DNA of 64,000 nt from Malacoraja senta (taxonomy: Eukaryota): NCBI GenBank assembly GCA_038087875.1, contig CM075995.1, positions 8,496,001 through 8,560,000 of the forward strand, given 5' to 3'. The notes beneath the pieces were generated by a model, which worked only from the letters and a program-made list of their open reading frames with translations, was not told where the DNA came from and did no database searches. Position numbers and translations under genes: made by a program. Below are positions 25,233 to 37,200 of this stretch, piece by piece (within the stretch, counting starts at the first letter, position 1; every line of letters starts with the position of its first letter).

Positions 25233-26268
25233 CTCGAGTAGTTAGTGGGGGTTGTTGGGGATGTGCCAAACTGCCTCGGCCTTTGAAGGGAGTGGTGGCA
25301 TTGATTTGCTTTCTTGGGCAAAGCTTCGATGTGGCTGATCCAGGACAAGTTGCCGATGGTATTTATTCCACGGAGCCTTGGACCAGCTCTCCTAGGGGGC
25401 CATCGATACACACTGGGGTGTGTGTACTCACTTGCTTCCTGAAGTCAACCACAATGTCCTTGCCTTGCTGACGTTGACAGAGAGAGAGAGAGGTGGTTGT
25501 TACAAGATGATTCTCAATCTATACTCCATCTCGTCATTATTCAATATCCATCCCACTACAGTGGTGTCGAACGATACACAAGTGCAATGATACACCAGTG
25601 AAAGAGTGAAATGATTGTAAGTAGATCCTCTTCCGAGACAGCATGCTGAGGGCAGCAAGCATTTTATCCGGATGCATCACAGCTTGGTTTGGGAACAGCT
25701 CCATCCAGAATCGTAAGAAATCGCAGCGAATTGTGGACGCAGCCCAGAGCATCACACAAACCAACCTCCCATTCCATTGACTCCATCTATACCTCACGCT
25801 GCCTTGGCAAGGCCAGCAGCATAATCAAGGACCAGTCTCACCCCCGGCCACTCCCTCTTCTCCCCTCTCCCATCAGGCAAGAGGTACAGAAGTGTGAAAA
25901 GGCACACCTCCAGATTCAGGGACAGTTTCTTCCCAGCTGTTATCAGGCAACTGAACCATCCTACCACAACCAGAGAGCGGTCCTGAACTACTATCTACCT
26001 CATTGATGTCCTGTGGACTATCCTCAACTGGACTCGGGAATTTAGAAGGATGAGAGAGGATCTTATTGAAACCTTTTAGATAATTAAGGGTTTGGAACTT
26101 TTTCACACAGAGGGTTGTGAATCTGTGGAATTCTCTGCCTCAGAAGGCAGCGGAGGCCAATTGTCTGGATGCTTTCAAGAGAAAGTTGGATAGAGCTCTT
26201 AAAGATAGCGGAGTCAAAGGATATGGGGAAAAGGCAGGAACTGGGTACTGAGTGTGGATGATCAGCCA

Positions 26269-26404
26269 CCTTCTTCTTTCGTGTGGCGTGCACAGCCTAA
26301 AGTTGTAGGACAACTTGTTCTATTTGATCTTCCTTTGTGCACGTCGAGTTGATGGCATTAGTCGAAACAGGGCGGACCACGTGAAGGTTGCAATCTTCCA
26401 CCCC
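26269..26404 (-). mobile_element. ~135-bp retroposon headed by an HDV-like ribozyme (26351-26404)
   Basis: 12-bp TSD GATGATCAGCCA (26257-26268 and 26405-26416), nested double-pseudoknot fold and ACACGAAAGAAGAAG tail. Confidence 0.82.
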
Positions 26405-27029
26405 GATGATCAGCCATGATCATAGTGAATGGTGGTGCTGGCTCAAAGGGCCGAATGGTCTACGCCTGCGTCTATTGTCTATTGACTTTGCTGGCTTTAC
26501 CTTGTACTGAACGCTATTCCTATATCATGTATCTGTACACTGTAAACGGCTCGATTGTAATCATGTATTGTCTATCCGCTGACTGGTTAGCACGCAACAA
26601 AAGCTTTTCACTGTACCTCGGTACACGTGACAATAAACTAAACTGAGATGCCACGTTCCAGCGGCACCCGTGCAACTCCCAGTCTCGAGTCCCTGAAACA
26701 TCTGGTCTTGACCCAAAGAGGTCTGCAATTTTGTTATTTTCTGTGGATGCCCGGTGTCCTGGCGTCACGCTGTGTTGATGACGTAGGGGTGGACCTGGCC
26801 CGGCGCCATGCCGTCGGCTCCTTCTACTGCTGCTCTGTGCGGCTGCCGTATGCTGAGGCCGAGCTGCCAGAGGTGGTTGAGGCAGGTTAATGACGCGGAC
26901 AGGTACATGCACAGGAAAGGTTGTTAAGGATATGGATCAAATGCAGGCACATGGGACTAGCTTAGATGGAGCATCTTGGTCGGCTGAGCTTGGATGAGTT
27001 GGGCTGTACGACTATGATTAGCATGATGA

Positions 27030-27450
27030 AGGACACGGAGTGCTGGAGTATTTCAGCGGGTCAGGCAGCATCTGTGGAGAACATGGATAGGTGACGTTTC
27101 ACAGAGTGCTGGAATAACTCAGCGGGTCAGGCAGCATCTGTGGAGAACATGGATAGGTGACGTTTCACAGAGTGCCGGAGTAACTCAGCAGGTCAGGCAG
27201 CATCTGTGGAGAACATGGATAGGTGACGTTTCACAGAGTGCTGGAGTAACTCAGCGGGTCAGGCAGCATTTGTGGAGAACATGGATAGGTGACGTTTCAC
27301 GGAGTGCTGGAGTAACTCAGCAGGTCGGGCAGCATCTCTGGAGAACATGGATAGGTGACGTTTCACAGAGTTGCTGGAGTAACTCAGCGGGTCAGGCAGC
27401 ATCTCTGGAGAGAAAGGATGGCTGACGTTTCTGGTCGTGGCCCCTCATCA
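27030..27450 (-). repeat. 66-bp array ending in a degenerate hammerhead/pLTR
   Basis: About 5-6 units; CTGATGA..GAAACGTC on the - strand at the right end. Confidence 0.93.
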
Positions 27451-28500
27451 GAGTGAAAGTAGAGGGGAGGGAACTGGAGGGAAAAGCAGGGCAGGCAACA
27501 GATGACCAAGGAAGGCTGGGCCCATAACGGCCCATTGGTGGCGGGGAAAGGATGAAGGGATACAAATAATGAAGGGATACAAAGATGTAAGTAGGACTAC
27601 TAGGATGGGGGATGGGGATGTGGGAAGAAGAGGAAAGGCTAATGATTAGCATAGTTGGTAAAAAAGGGTAAGATTTGGTTGTGCTGAGCTGTAATTCAGT
27701 TAGAATACACCTCCACGACTTTAGGATATTAATGTCTCGTTTGGAATGGGCATTTTTTCCTTGTCTTCCTCCCTGTTTGTTGCTTGTTTTCACTGACATG
27801 ATATGCAGGATCCTGGTCTCAGTTGCCGGCCATCGTACAAAACCGATGCAGGTCGGAAGCTGCAGTGTCGGGTGTGTGAAATTCATGCTCACTAATGTTG
27901 CCCTGGATGCAAGTGAGGTATGAGCAAAGAACAAACAGCCGGCAGAGATCAGGGGTGGGGGGGTGGGTGTGTGTGTGTAGGTGGGTGTGTGTGGGGGTGT
28001 ATGTGTGGGCCCTGCGGTCTGCGGTGCTTCTGGCTGCGGCGCGGCGGGGACTTTAGATCATTGACCGCCAGCCTGCGGCCTACACCGTCTTGAAGCCGCG
28101 GTCTCCGGTGGGGAGGCACTGATTCAGGCCTTATCTGGACCTACCTTGTCTGAACATCTGGACGCCCGCAGCGGCGACTGCGGAGGGTTGAGGTCCAGAC
28201 CACGGGGGAAAATGGAGGAGGACTGGCCAAATGTTGTGCCTTCCACCACAGTGATGAATGCTGTGGTGGATGTTTGTATTAAATGTTTATTGTGTTTTTG
28301 TGTGTTCTTTATCATTGTACCGCTGCTGGCAAATTCATTTCACTTGCACTTTATGTGCAATGTGACGAATAAAACCATATTGTATTGTGGGTGTGGGTGT
28401 GTGTGTGTGTGGGGGTGTGGGTGTGGGTGGGTGTGTGTGGGTGGGTGTGGGTGTGCTGGTTTAAACCGAAGATGGACAGGAGTCACTCAGCGGGACAGGC

Positions 28501-28534
28501 AGTCTGAAGAAGGGTCTCGACCCGAAACGTCACT
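28501..28534 (+). ncRNA. Minimal type I hammerhead ribozyme motif (Penelope pLTR), representative intact copy
   Basis: AGT-CTGAAGA-A-GGGT CTCG ACCC-GAAA-CGTC-ACT: conserved core boxes, stem II, GUC cleavage triplet and AGT/ACT stem I. Confidence 0.7.
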
Positions 28535-29339
28535 CATTCCTTCACTCCAGAGATGCTGCCTGTCGCGCTGAGTTACTCCGGCTTTTTTGTGTGTGTGTGT
28601 GTGTGCGTGTGACGGGAGTGGAAGGAATCGTTCATGTTTTGGGTCGAGACTAGGCATCAGGAATCGGGCGTGGGTCAAGGAAGTGCGAAAGAATGGAAAT
28701 AAATTTGCATGAAATGAATGATACTTTAGTATCACATGCGACACACCACAATGAAATTCTTTATTTTGCATCCATACACAGGGTATGCAAAGGGGTGCCA
28801 CGTATAGGGCGCCGACAAAGTTACAAAGCGTTCAATGTGGTCCCCAATGTCCGCAGTGATCCTCCGCCCCACTCGGGTCCCTCTTTGTTCTCCTTGCCCC
28901 CTCCCCCCCCCCCCCACGCTGGGTCCCTCTTTATTCTCTGCGTGGCGTCCACCACTGACTTCCGGCACACGCGTGACCCTGTCCGACCTCTGGTTTGCTG
29001 ATATACATTTCAGAGTGTGCAGGAAGAGATGCCTAGTTTAAACCGAAGATAGACACGAAATGCTGGAGTTACTCAGCAGGTCAGGCAGCATCTCTGGAGA
29101 GAAGGAATAGAAACATAGAATTTAAGAAGGAACTGCAGATGCTGGAAAATCGAAGGTAGACAAAAGTGCTGGAGAAACTCAGCGGGTGCAGCAGCAGCTA
29201 TGGAGTGAAGGAAATAGGCAACTCTTCTTCAGACGAACCCTTCTTCAGAAGAAGGGTTTCAGCCCGAAACGTTGCCTATTTCCTTCACTCCATAGATGCT
29301 GCCGCACCCGCTGAGTTTCTCCAGCACTTTTGTCTACCA

Positions 29340-29920
29340 TAGAAACATAGACAATAGGTGCAGGAGGAGGCCTTTCGGCCCTTCGAGTCAGCACCGCCAT
29401 TCAATATGATCATGGTTGATCATCCAAAATCAGTACCCTGTTCCTGCTTTCTCCCCATATCCCTTGGTTCCCTTAGCCCTAAGAGCTAAATCTAACTCTC
29501 TCTTGAAAACATGTAGAGAATCGGCCTCCACTACCTTCTGTGGCAGAGAATTCCACAGATTCACAACTCCTGGGTGAAAATGTTTTTCCTCATCTCAGTC
29601 CTAAATGGCTTACCCCTTATTCTTAAACTGTGGCCCCTGGTTCTGGACTCCCCTAACATCGGGAACATGTTTCCTGCCTCTAGTGTGTCCAAGACCTTAA
29701 CAATCTTATATGTTTCAATGAGATACCCTCTCATCCTTCTAAACTCCAGAGTGTACAAGCCCAGCTGCTCCATTCTCTCAGCATATGACAGTCCCGCCAT
29801 CCCAGGAATAAACCTTGTAAACCTACGCTGCACTCCCTCAATAGCAAGAATGTCCTTCCTCAAATTAGGGGACCAAAACTGCACACAATACTCCAGGTGT
29901 GGTCTCACTAGGGCCCTGTA
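29340..29920 (-). mobile_element. CR1 3' fragment
   Basis: RPHLEYCVQFWSPNLRKD..TRGHSL. Confidence 0.9.
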
Positions 29921-30689
29921 GGGTTGCGTACTATTCAGTCAGCTGAAAGACTAAACATGATTACAATCAAGCCGTCCACAGCATACAGACACAGGATAAA
30001 GGTATAATGTTTAGTGCAAGATAAAGTCCAGAAAAATCCAATTAAAGATAGTTTTAAGGTCTCCAATGAGGTGGATGGGAGGTCAAGACCGCTTTCTAGT
30101 TGGTGAGAGGACGGTTCAGTTGCCTGATAACAGCTGGGAAGAAAATGTCCCTGAATCTGGAGGTGTGCGGTTTCAAACTTATGTACCTCTTGCCTGATGG
30201 AAGAGGGTGTGTGTGATTGGGGTGCAAATTGTCCAATGATTATGCCGTTGGCCTTGCTGAGGCAGCAGCGTGTGGTGTAGATGGAGTCAGTGGAAGGGAG
30301 GTTGGATTGTCTGGGCTGCGTCCACAATTCTCTACAATTCTTTTGCGGTCTTGAATGGAGCTTGTTCCCAAACCGAGCGGTGATGCATCCTGACAAAATG
30401 CTTTCCACGCGCATCCGCAGACGTTGATGAGAGTTGTTGGGAGCATGCCAGACTTCCAAAGCCTTCCAAGGAAGTCGAGTCATTAGTGAGCTCTCCTGGC
30501 CATTTGCTTTGATGTGTCTGGTCCAGGACAAATTGCTGATGATACATATTCCTACGAACCTGAACCTATCAACCATCCCGACTTTGTTGTCAATGTATTA
30601 CCGCCAATGAGATCGATCACAGTCTCCGTTTTCTTGCTGCCATTGCCAGAGAGGTTGCCTTGGCACCAGGTTAGGAGGTTTTCACCTCT

Positions 30690-33600
30690 GGCTCAGCCCT
30701 TCAAATCCTTGTAACATCCTCGTAAATATTCTCTGCACCCATTCCAGTTTAATGACACAGAGTCATAGAGTGATACAGTGTGGAAACAGGCCCTTCGGCC
30801 CAAATTGCCCACACTGACCAACATGTCCCAGCTACACTAATCCCACCTGCCATCATTTGGTACATATCCCTCAAAACCTGTCCTATCGATGTATCTGTCT
30901 AACTGTTTCTTCAACTACCTCCTCCGGCAGCTTGTTCCATACGCCCACCATTCATTCTGTGGAAAAAGTTACCCCTCAGGTTCCCATTAAATCTTTTCCT
31001 CTTCACCTTAAACCTTTGTCCTCTTGTCCTCGATTCCCCTACTCTGGGCAAGAGACTCTGTGCATCTCCCCGATCTATTCCTCTCATGATCTTATACACC
31101 CCTATAAGATCAATCCTCATCCTCCTGCGCTCCAAGGAATAGATTCGCAGCCAACTCAACCTCCCCCTATAGCTCACACCCTCTAGTCCTGGCATCATCC
31201 TCGTAAATCTTCTCTGTATCCTTTCCAGCTTGACAACATCTTTCCTATAACATGGTGCCCAGAACTGAACACAATACTCTAAATATTACCTCACCAACTT
31301 CATATACAACTGCAACATGACCTCCCAAATTCTATACTCAATACTCTGGCTGTTGAAGGCCAATGTGCCAAAAGCCTTTTTGACCACCCGATCTACCTGC
31401 GACTCGACCTTCAAGGAACCATGCACCTGTACTCCTAGATCCCTCTGCTCTACAACACTCCCCGGAGCCCTACCATTCACTGTGTAGGTCCTGCCCTTGT
31501 TGGACTTCATTTTAAGTTATAATGTTTTAATTTTCATTGTCTACTGTATATCGTGTTGTTACTTGCAAGCAAAGCACCAAGGCAAATTCCTTGTATGTAT
31601 ACATATTTGGCTAATAAATTGTATTCAATTTAATTCAATGCAACTTCTCACATTTTTCTGCATTAAATGCCATCAACCATTCCTCCGCCCACCTGGCCGA
31701 TTGATCAAGATCCTGCTGTAATTTTTCATGACCATCTTCACTATCTGCAAAACCACTCACTTTTGTATCATCTGCAAACTTGCTAATCTTGCCCTGTATG
31801 TTCTCACCCAAATCATTGATGTAGAGGACAAACAGTAACGGGCCCAGCACCGAACCATTTAGTGGATATTTTTAAGGCAGAGATAGATGGATTCTTGAGT
31901 AGTATGGGGGTCAGAGTTTATGGGGGAAAAGGCAAGAGAATGGGGTTGGGAGGGAAAGATAGATCAGCCATGATTGAATGGCGGAGAGGACTTGATGGGC
32001 CGAATGGCCTAATTCTACTCTTATCACTTATGATAATATGAACCCTGAGTCACAGGCCTCCAGTCCGAGAAGCAACCTTCCACCATCACCCTCTGCTTCC
32101 TTCCATGAAGCCAATTTTCTATCCATTCAGCAATCTCTCCTTGGGTCTAACCTTCCAGAGCAGCCTCACTGAAGTCCATATATACAACATCTACAGCTCT
32201 GCCCTCATCGACCTTTTTGGTCAAGTCTTCAAAAAAGGGCGTCTGATAGAAATATATAAAATTGTGAGGCATAGATAGGGTAGGCGGTCAGAACCTTTTC
32301 CCCGAGGGTGACAATAGACAATAGGTGCAGGAATAGGCCATTCGGCCCTTCGAGCCAGCACCGCAATTCAATGTGATCATGGCTGACCATACCCAATCAG
32401 TACCCCGTTCCTGCCTTCTCTCCATATCCCCTGACTCCGCTATCTTTAAGAGCCCTATCTAGCTCTCTTGAAAGTATCCAGAGAACCTGCCTCCACCGCC
32501 CTCTGAGGCAGAGAATTCCACAGACTCACAACTCTCTGTGAGAAAAAGTGTTTCCTCATCTCCGTTCTAAATGGCTTACCCCTTATTCTTAAACTGTGGC
32601 CCCTGGTTCTGGACTCCCCTAACATCGGGAACATGTTTCCTGCCTCTGGGTACTGATTGGGGATGATCAGCCATGATCACACTGAATGGCGGTGCTGGCT
32701 CGAAGGGCCGAATGGCCTACTCCTGCGACTATTGTCTGTTGACATAAAGAGTTTAATGTTTTTTTCTGGTTAATTGTTGGTGAATATCTCCATTTGGTCA
32801 AGGCAGCGATTTGAGGCCAGTCCTATGAAGAATTGTAGGTAGACAAAAGTGCTGGAGAAACTCAGCGGGTGAGGCAGCATCTATGGAGCGAAGGAAATAG
32901 GCGACGTTTTGGGCCGAAACCCTTCTTCAGACTTCAGAATTGTAGGGTAGTTTGGGGGGGGAGGAGGGGGGGGGGGAAGAAAGAGGAAGCCGGCCGGGAA
33001 AATGCTGACCAATATAAGGCTTCATTTACCAGCACTACATTAAGCTGCTGAAAGTTCCCAGCGTTACTGCATGTGTCAGCATATGTCTGTCTCGTTGCCT
33101 TTCAAGTTGTGCACTCTCCTTCAATCAGCATTGATTTAAAGTGCAATTTAAACAACACTCGGATCCTTTTTGGTAATTGCGCAAGTGCTTGAGCTGAAAG
33201 AGGGAAAGGAAACTAGTGAGTGCCCGAATATAATGTGACAATCTTGCCGCGCAAGAGGCCACAACAGGCTATTCTGCTCATTGTGTCTGTTATCTCAGTG
33301 GGAAATATTATTTAGTCGTCACTCCTGCTTTTCCTCATTCGCTGGGGCAACTTAGTTCAGTTTTTTTAAATGTTCCGTTTGATTTATTGTTAGTTATTGT
33401 AAGAAATAACGTGTGTGGTCCTGAGAGCGATGCCGTCTGGAGCTGTGCTCCTGGTAGGGCCACCGATGGCGGTAAGGTCGAGGGGGAGATCTCTGACAAG
33501 GAGCCAATCCAACCAAGACATAAAAACATAGAAAATAGGTGCAGGAGGAGGCCATTCGGCCCTTCGAGCCAGCACCGTCGTTCATTGTGATCAGGACTGA

Positions 33601-34248
33601 TCACAATGAACGGGTTATTGATCGTCCCCAATCAATAACCCGTGCCTGCCTTCTCCCCATATCCCTTGACTCCACTAGCCCCTAGAGCTCTATCTAACTG
33701 TCTCTTAAATCCATCCAGTGACTTGGCCTCCACTGCCCTCCAGGGCAGGGAATTCCACAAATTCACAACTCTCTGGGTGAAAACGTTTTTTCTCACCTCA
33801 GTCTTAAATGGCCTCCCCTTTATTCTAAGACTGTGGCCCCTGGTTCTGGACTCGCCCAACATTGGGAACATTTTTCCTGTATCTAGCTTTTCCCAGTCCC
33901 TTTTATAATTTTATATGTTTATATAAGATTCCCCCTCATCCTTCTAAACTCCAGTGAATACAAGGGCCGTGTGATGTAATGGGATGTAATGTTGAGGCTC
34001 TATAAGGCGCAGGTCAGGCCGCATTTGGAATATTGTGAGGAATTTTGGGCCCCGTATCTGAGGAAGGATGTGCTGGCTCTGGAGAGGATTCCAGAGGAGG
34101 TTTACACGAAAGATCCCAGGAATGAGTGGGTTAACCTATGATGAGCTTTTGAAGGCGCTGGGCCTGTACTCGCTGGAGTTTAGGAGAATGGGGGGGGGGG
34201 GGGGGGGGGGGTGGTGGGGGAGAAACCTCATTGAAACTTACCAAAGTG
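30690..34248. mobile_element. Cluster of nested CR1 fragments (with a unique interval at about 33000-33400)
   Basis: LGPLLFVLYINDL..KFADDTK RT motif at 31635-31850 (-) and several 3' ends in both orientations. Confidence 0.85.
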
Positions 34249-37200
34249 GTTGAAGGGCTATTATTGAAGCTAAAATCATTTGTTTAATAATTAGTAGCTA
34301 AAATTGCGATATATATATGATATGTTATAATGAAATATATAGGGTAAATTTGTATCATATATCTGAATGTGAGGCCCCGTTCTAATATGTTATGATTAAC
34401 CAAGAGAGCGGAGTTATTTGTTTAACACCAACAATGGAAGTCGAAACAAGGTTTTCTCCCACCTACAGGTGGGCCACTTGTTACAGTGTCGACTATTTTA
34501 GACACTGTATTTTCACTTTTTCAATTTTTTAAAATTAATTATTATTATCACATAAACTCACATGTTTGTGTTTTGTGTTTAGTGATAAGCGTAAAAGGGA
34601 TATGCCAACAAAACTTAGAAATTCAAAGGTTCCCCCAATACCCAAAGACCTGGGATATGGATGCACCACAAGATTTAAAGGTACTATAATTATTCAAAAT
34701 GCAAGATGCTAAACAAAAGAACCTAGGAGGAGTCGCATTCTGCAGTTGGAATATAAGAGGTATTAACGAACCTATTAAAAGGGGTAAGATACTAGCTCAG
34801 CTGAAACTGTACAATTTTGACATTATCTTCTTACAAGAAACTCATCTAAAATCTCAGGATCAAGCTAGGTTGAGGGCGAAATCGATAGGTCAAATATACC
34901 ATTCCTCATATACTTTGAAATCTAGAGGTACGTCAATCATTATTAGAAAAGGTATACCATTCAAAGCAAAGAATACCATAACAGACATTGAAGGGAGATA
35001 TTTGATAGTTAATGGAGAAATTCATGATACTCCAATTACTTTGGTAAATATATACGCGCCTAACTTTGACAACCCTCATTTTTTCAATAAAATTCTGAGC
35101 ATAATCGCAGAGTTTAATTATCAAAATGTTATAATAGGAGGAGACTTTAACTGTGTTTTAGATCTGTATTTAGACAAATCAAGCCAAAAACAGAGAGGGA
35201 ATACGAAATCTAAAACCGCTGAACTTTTAAATACTTATATAAACAATACTAATATAGCAGATGTTTGGAGAATTGCTAATCCAACTGGCAGGGAATACTC
35301 GTTTTATTCAATGGTACATAAAACATACTCACGTATAGATTATTTCCTGGTGGATACAAAATTGATCCCTCATACTTTGAACCCAACATACCATACAAAC
35401 TCGATTTCAGACCATTCAGCACCAACTTTCTTTTTAAAACTGGAAGGTATGTCTAAGAATAAATCGTTTTGGAGATTTAATTCTCAAATCCTAAAAGATC
35501 CGCAAGCGAGTATATATTTAAAAGAACAAATGGACGCCTTTTTTGAAATAAATGACACTCCAGATATATCGCCTACTGTACTATGGGAATCTTTTAAAGT
35601 ATTCATTAGAGGTATTATAATTTCATATCAAGCTTTTCAAAATAAAAAGAATAAGAATGAACAAAGACAGTTAGAAGAACTTATTAGACAAATGGATATA
35701 GATAATGCTAAAGATCCATCAATAGATAAACATAATAAAATAATAATTTTGAAATTTAAATTAAATAAACTATTATCAGCCAAACCTATAAGACTTTTCC
35801 AAATTACAAAACAGGAGCACTTTGAATTTGGGGATAAACCGCATAAACTTTTGGCTCGCCAGCTAAATAAACGACAAAAAGAACATACGATCCTAAAGAT
35901 TAAATCAGATAGAGGGGAATTATTAACCATACCGAAGGATATTAATAAAAGATTTGCGCAATTTTATGAGAATTTGTATACATCTAAAACGACAACTGAC
36001 TCCAATAAAATTAGAGTTCTTGGATAATTGTAATCTTCCAAAGTTAGAGTTGAAGGAACAAGAGGAATTGGGTGCACAAATCTCAATTAAGGAATTAGAA
36101 GATACAATAAACTCATTAAAGAATGGAAAAACACCAGGTCCTGATGGATTTACTAATGAATTTTATAAAAGCTTCTATGACAAAATTATACCACGATTAC
36201 AAAACATGTATCAATATGCTTTTAAAAAACAAATACCTGATACATTAGCTGAATCAACGATCACACTAATACTTAAAAAAGATAAAGATATAGAAGAACC
36301 GGGTTCATATAGAGCTATAGCATTGTTAAATACAGAACAAAAAATATTAGCGAAAACATTAGCTAGAAGATTAAGTAAATATATTAGTAAACTAATAAAC
36401 CCAGATCAGACGGGGTTTATCCCTAAGAGATATTCATCTAATAATATGAGACGTCTACTCAATATAATGCACTCACATAAATTTGAAGAACAAGAATTAT
36501 CAATTATTTCGCTGGACGCTGAAAAAGCATTTAACCAAGTAGAATGGAATGATATGGATAAAGTATTACAAAAATTCCAACTGGGAGAGAATTTTATTTT
36601 ATGGATTAAACTATTATATAATAAACCTACAGCTAGAATATTAACTAATAACATATTATCCTCGAAATTTCAACTATCAAGGGGAAATAGACAAGGATGC
36701 TCATTATCACCACAGTTGTTTGCTCTCATAATTGAACCGTTAGCAGAAAAAATTAGAACACATCCAGATATCCATGGGTATAATACTAAATATTCAAATA
36801 ATAAAATATCTTTATACGTGGATGATATATTATTGTACATTACAAAACCTCAAATTACTATACCAAATATATTAAATTTAATTGAGGACTTTGGATCTTT
36901 TTCTGGATACAGAATAAATTGGAATAAAAGTGAAATTATGTCAATAAAACCGAAAGACTCAACACATCTTTTAAAATTCCCTTTTAAAATAGCTACAGAA
37001 AAATTTAAATACTTGGGTATTGAAATGACTAGAACATATCAAGGCATGTTTAAAGCAAATTTTGATCCTTTACTTAATAAATTTAAATACACTAATTAAA
37101 TTTTGGAAAACGCTCCCGATGTCTTTAATAGGCCGAATAAATGCAATAAAAATGATCATCTTACCACAAATTTTATACCTATTTCAATCGATTCCTATAT

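Noticed and set aside
24657..25245. Long Y/I/H/T/C/V-rich ORFs
   Set aside because: Translations of a TA/TG microsatellite.
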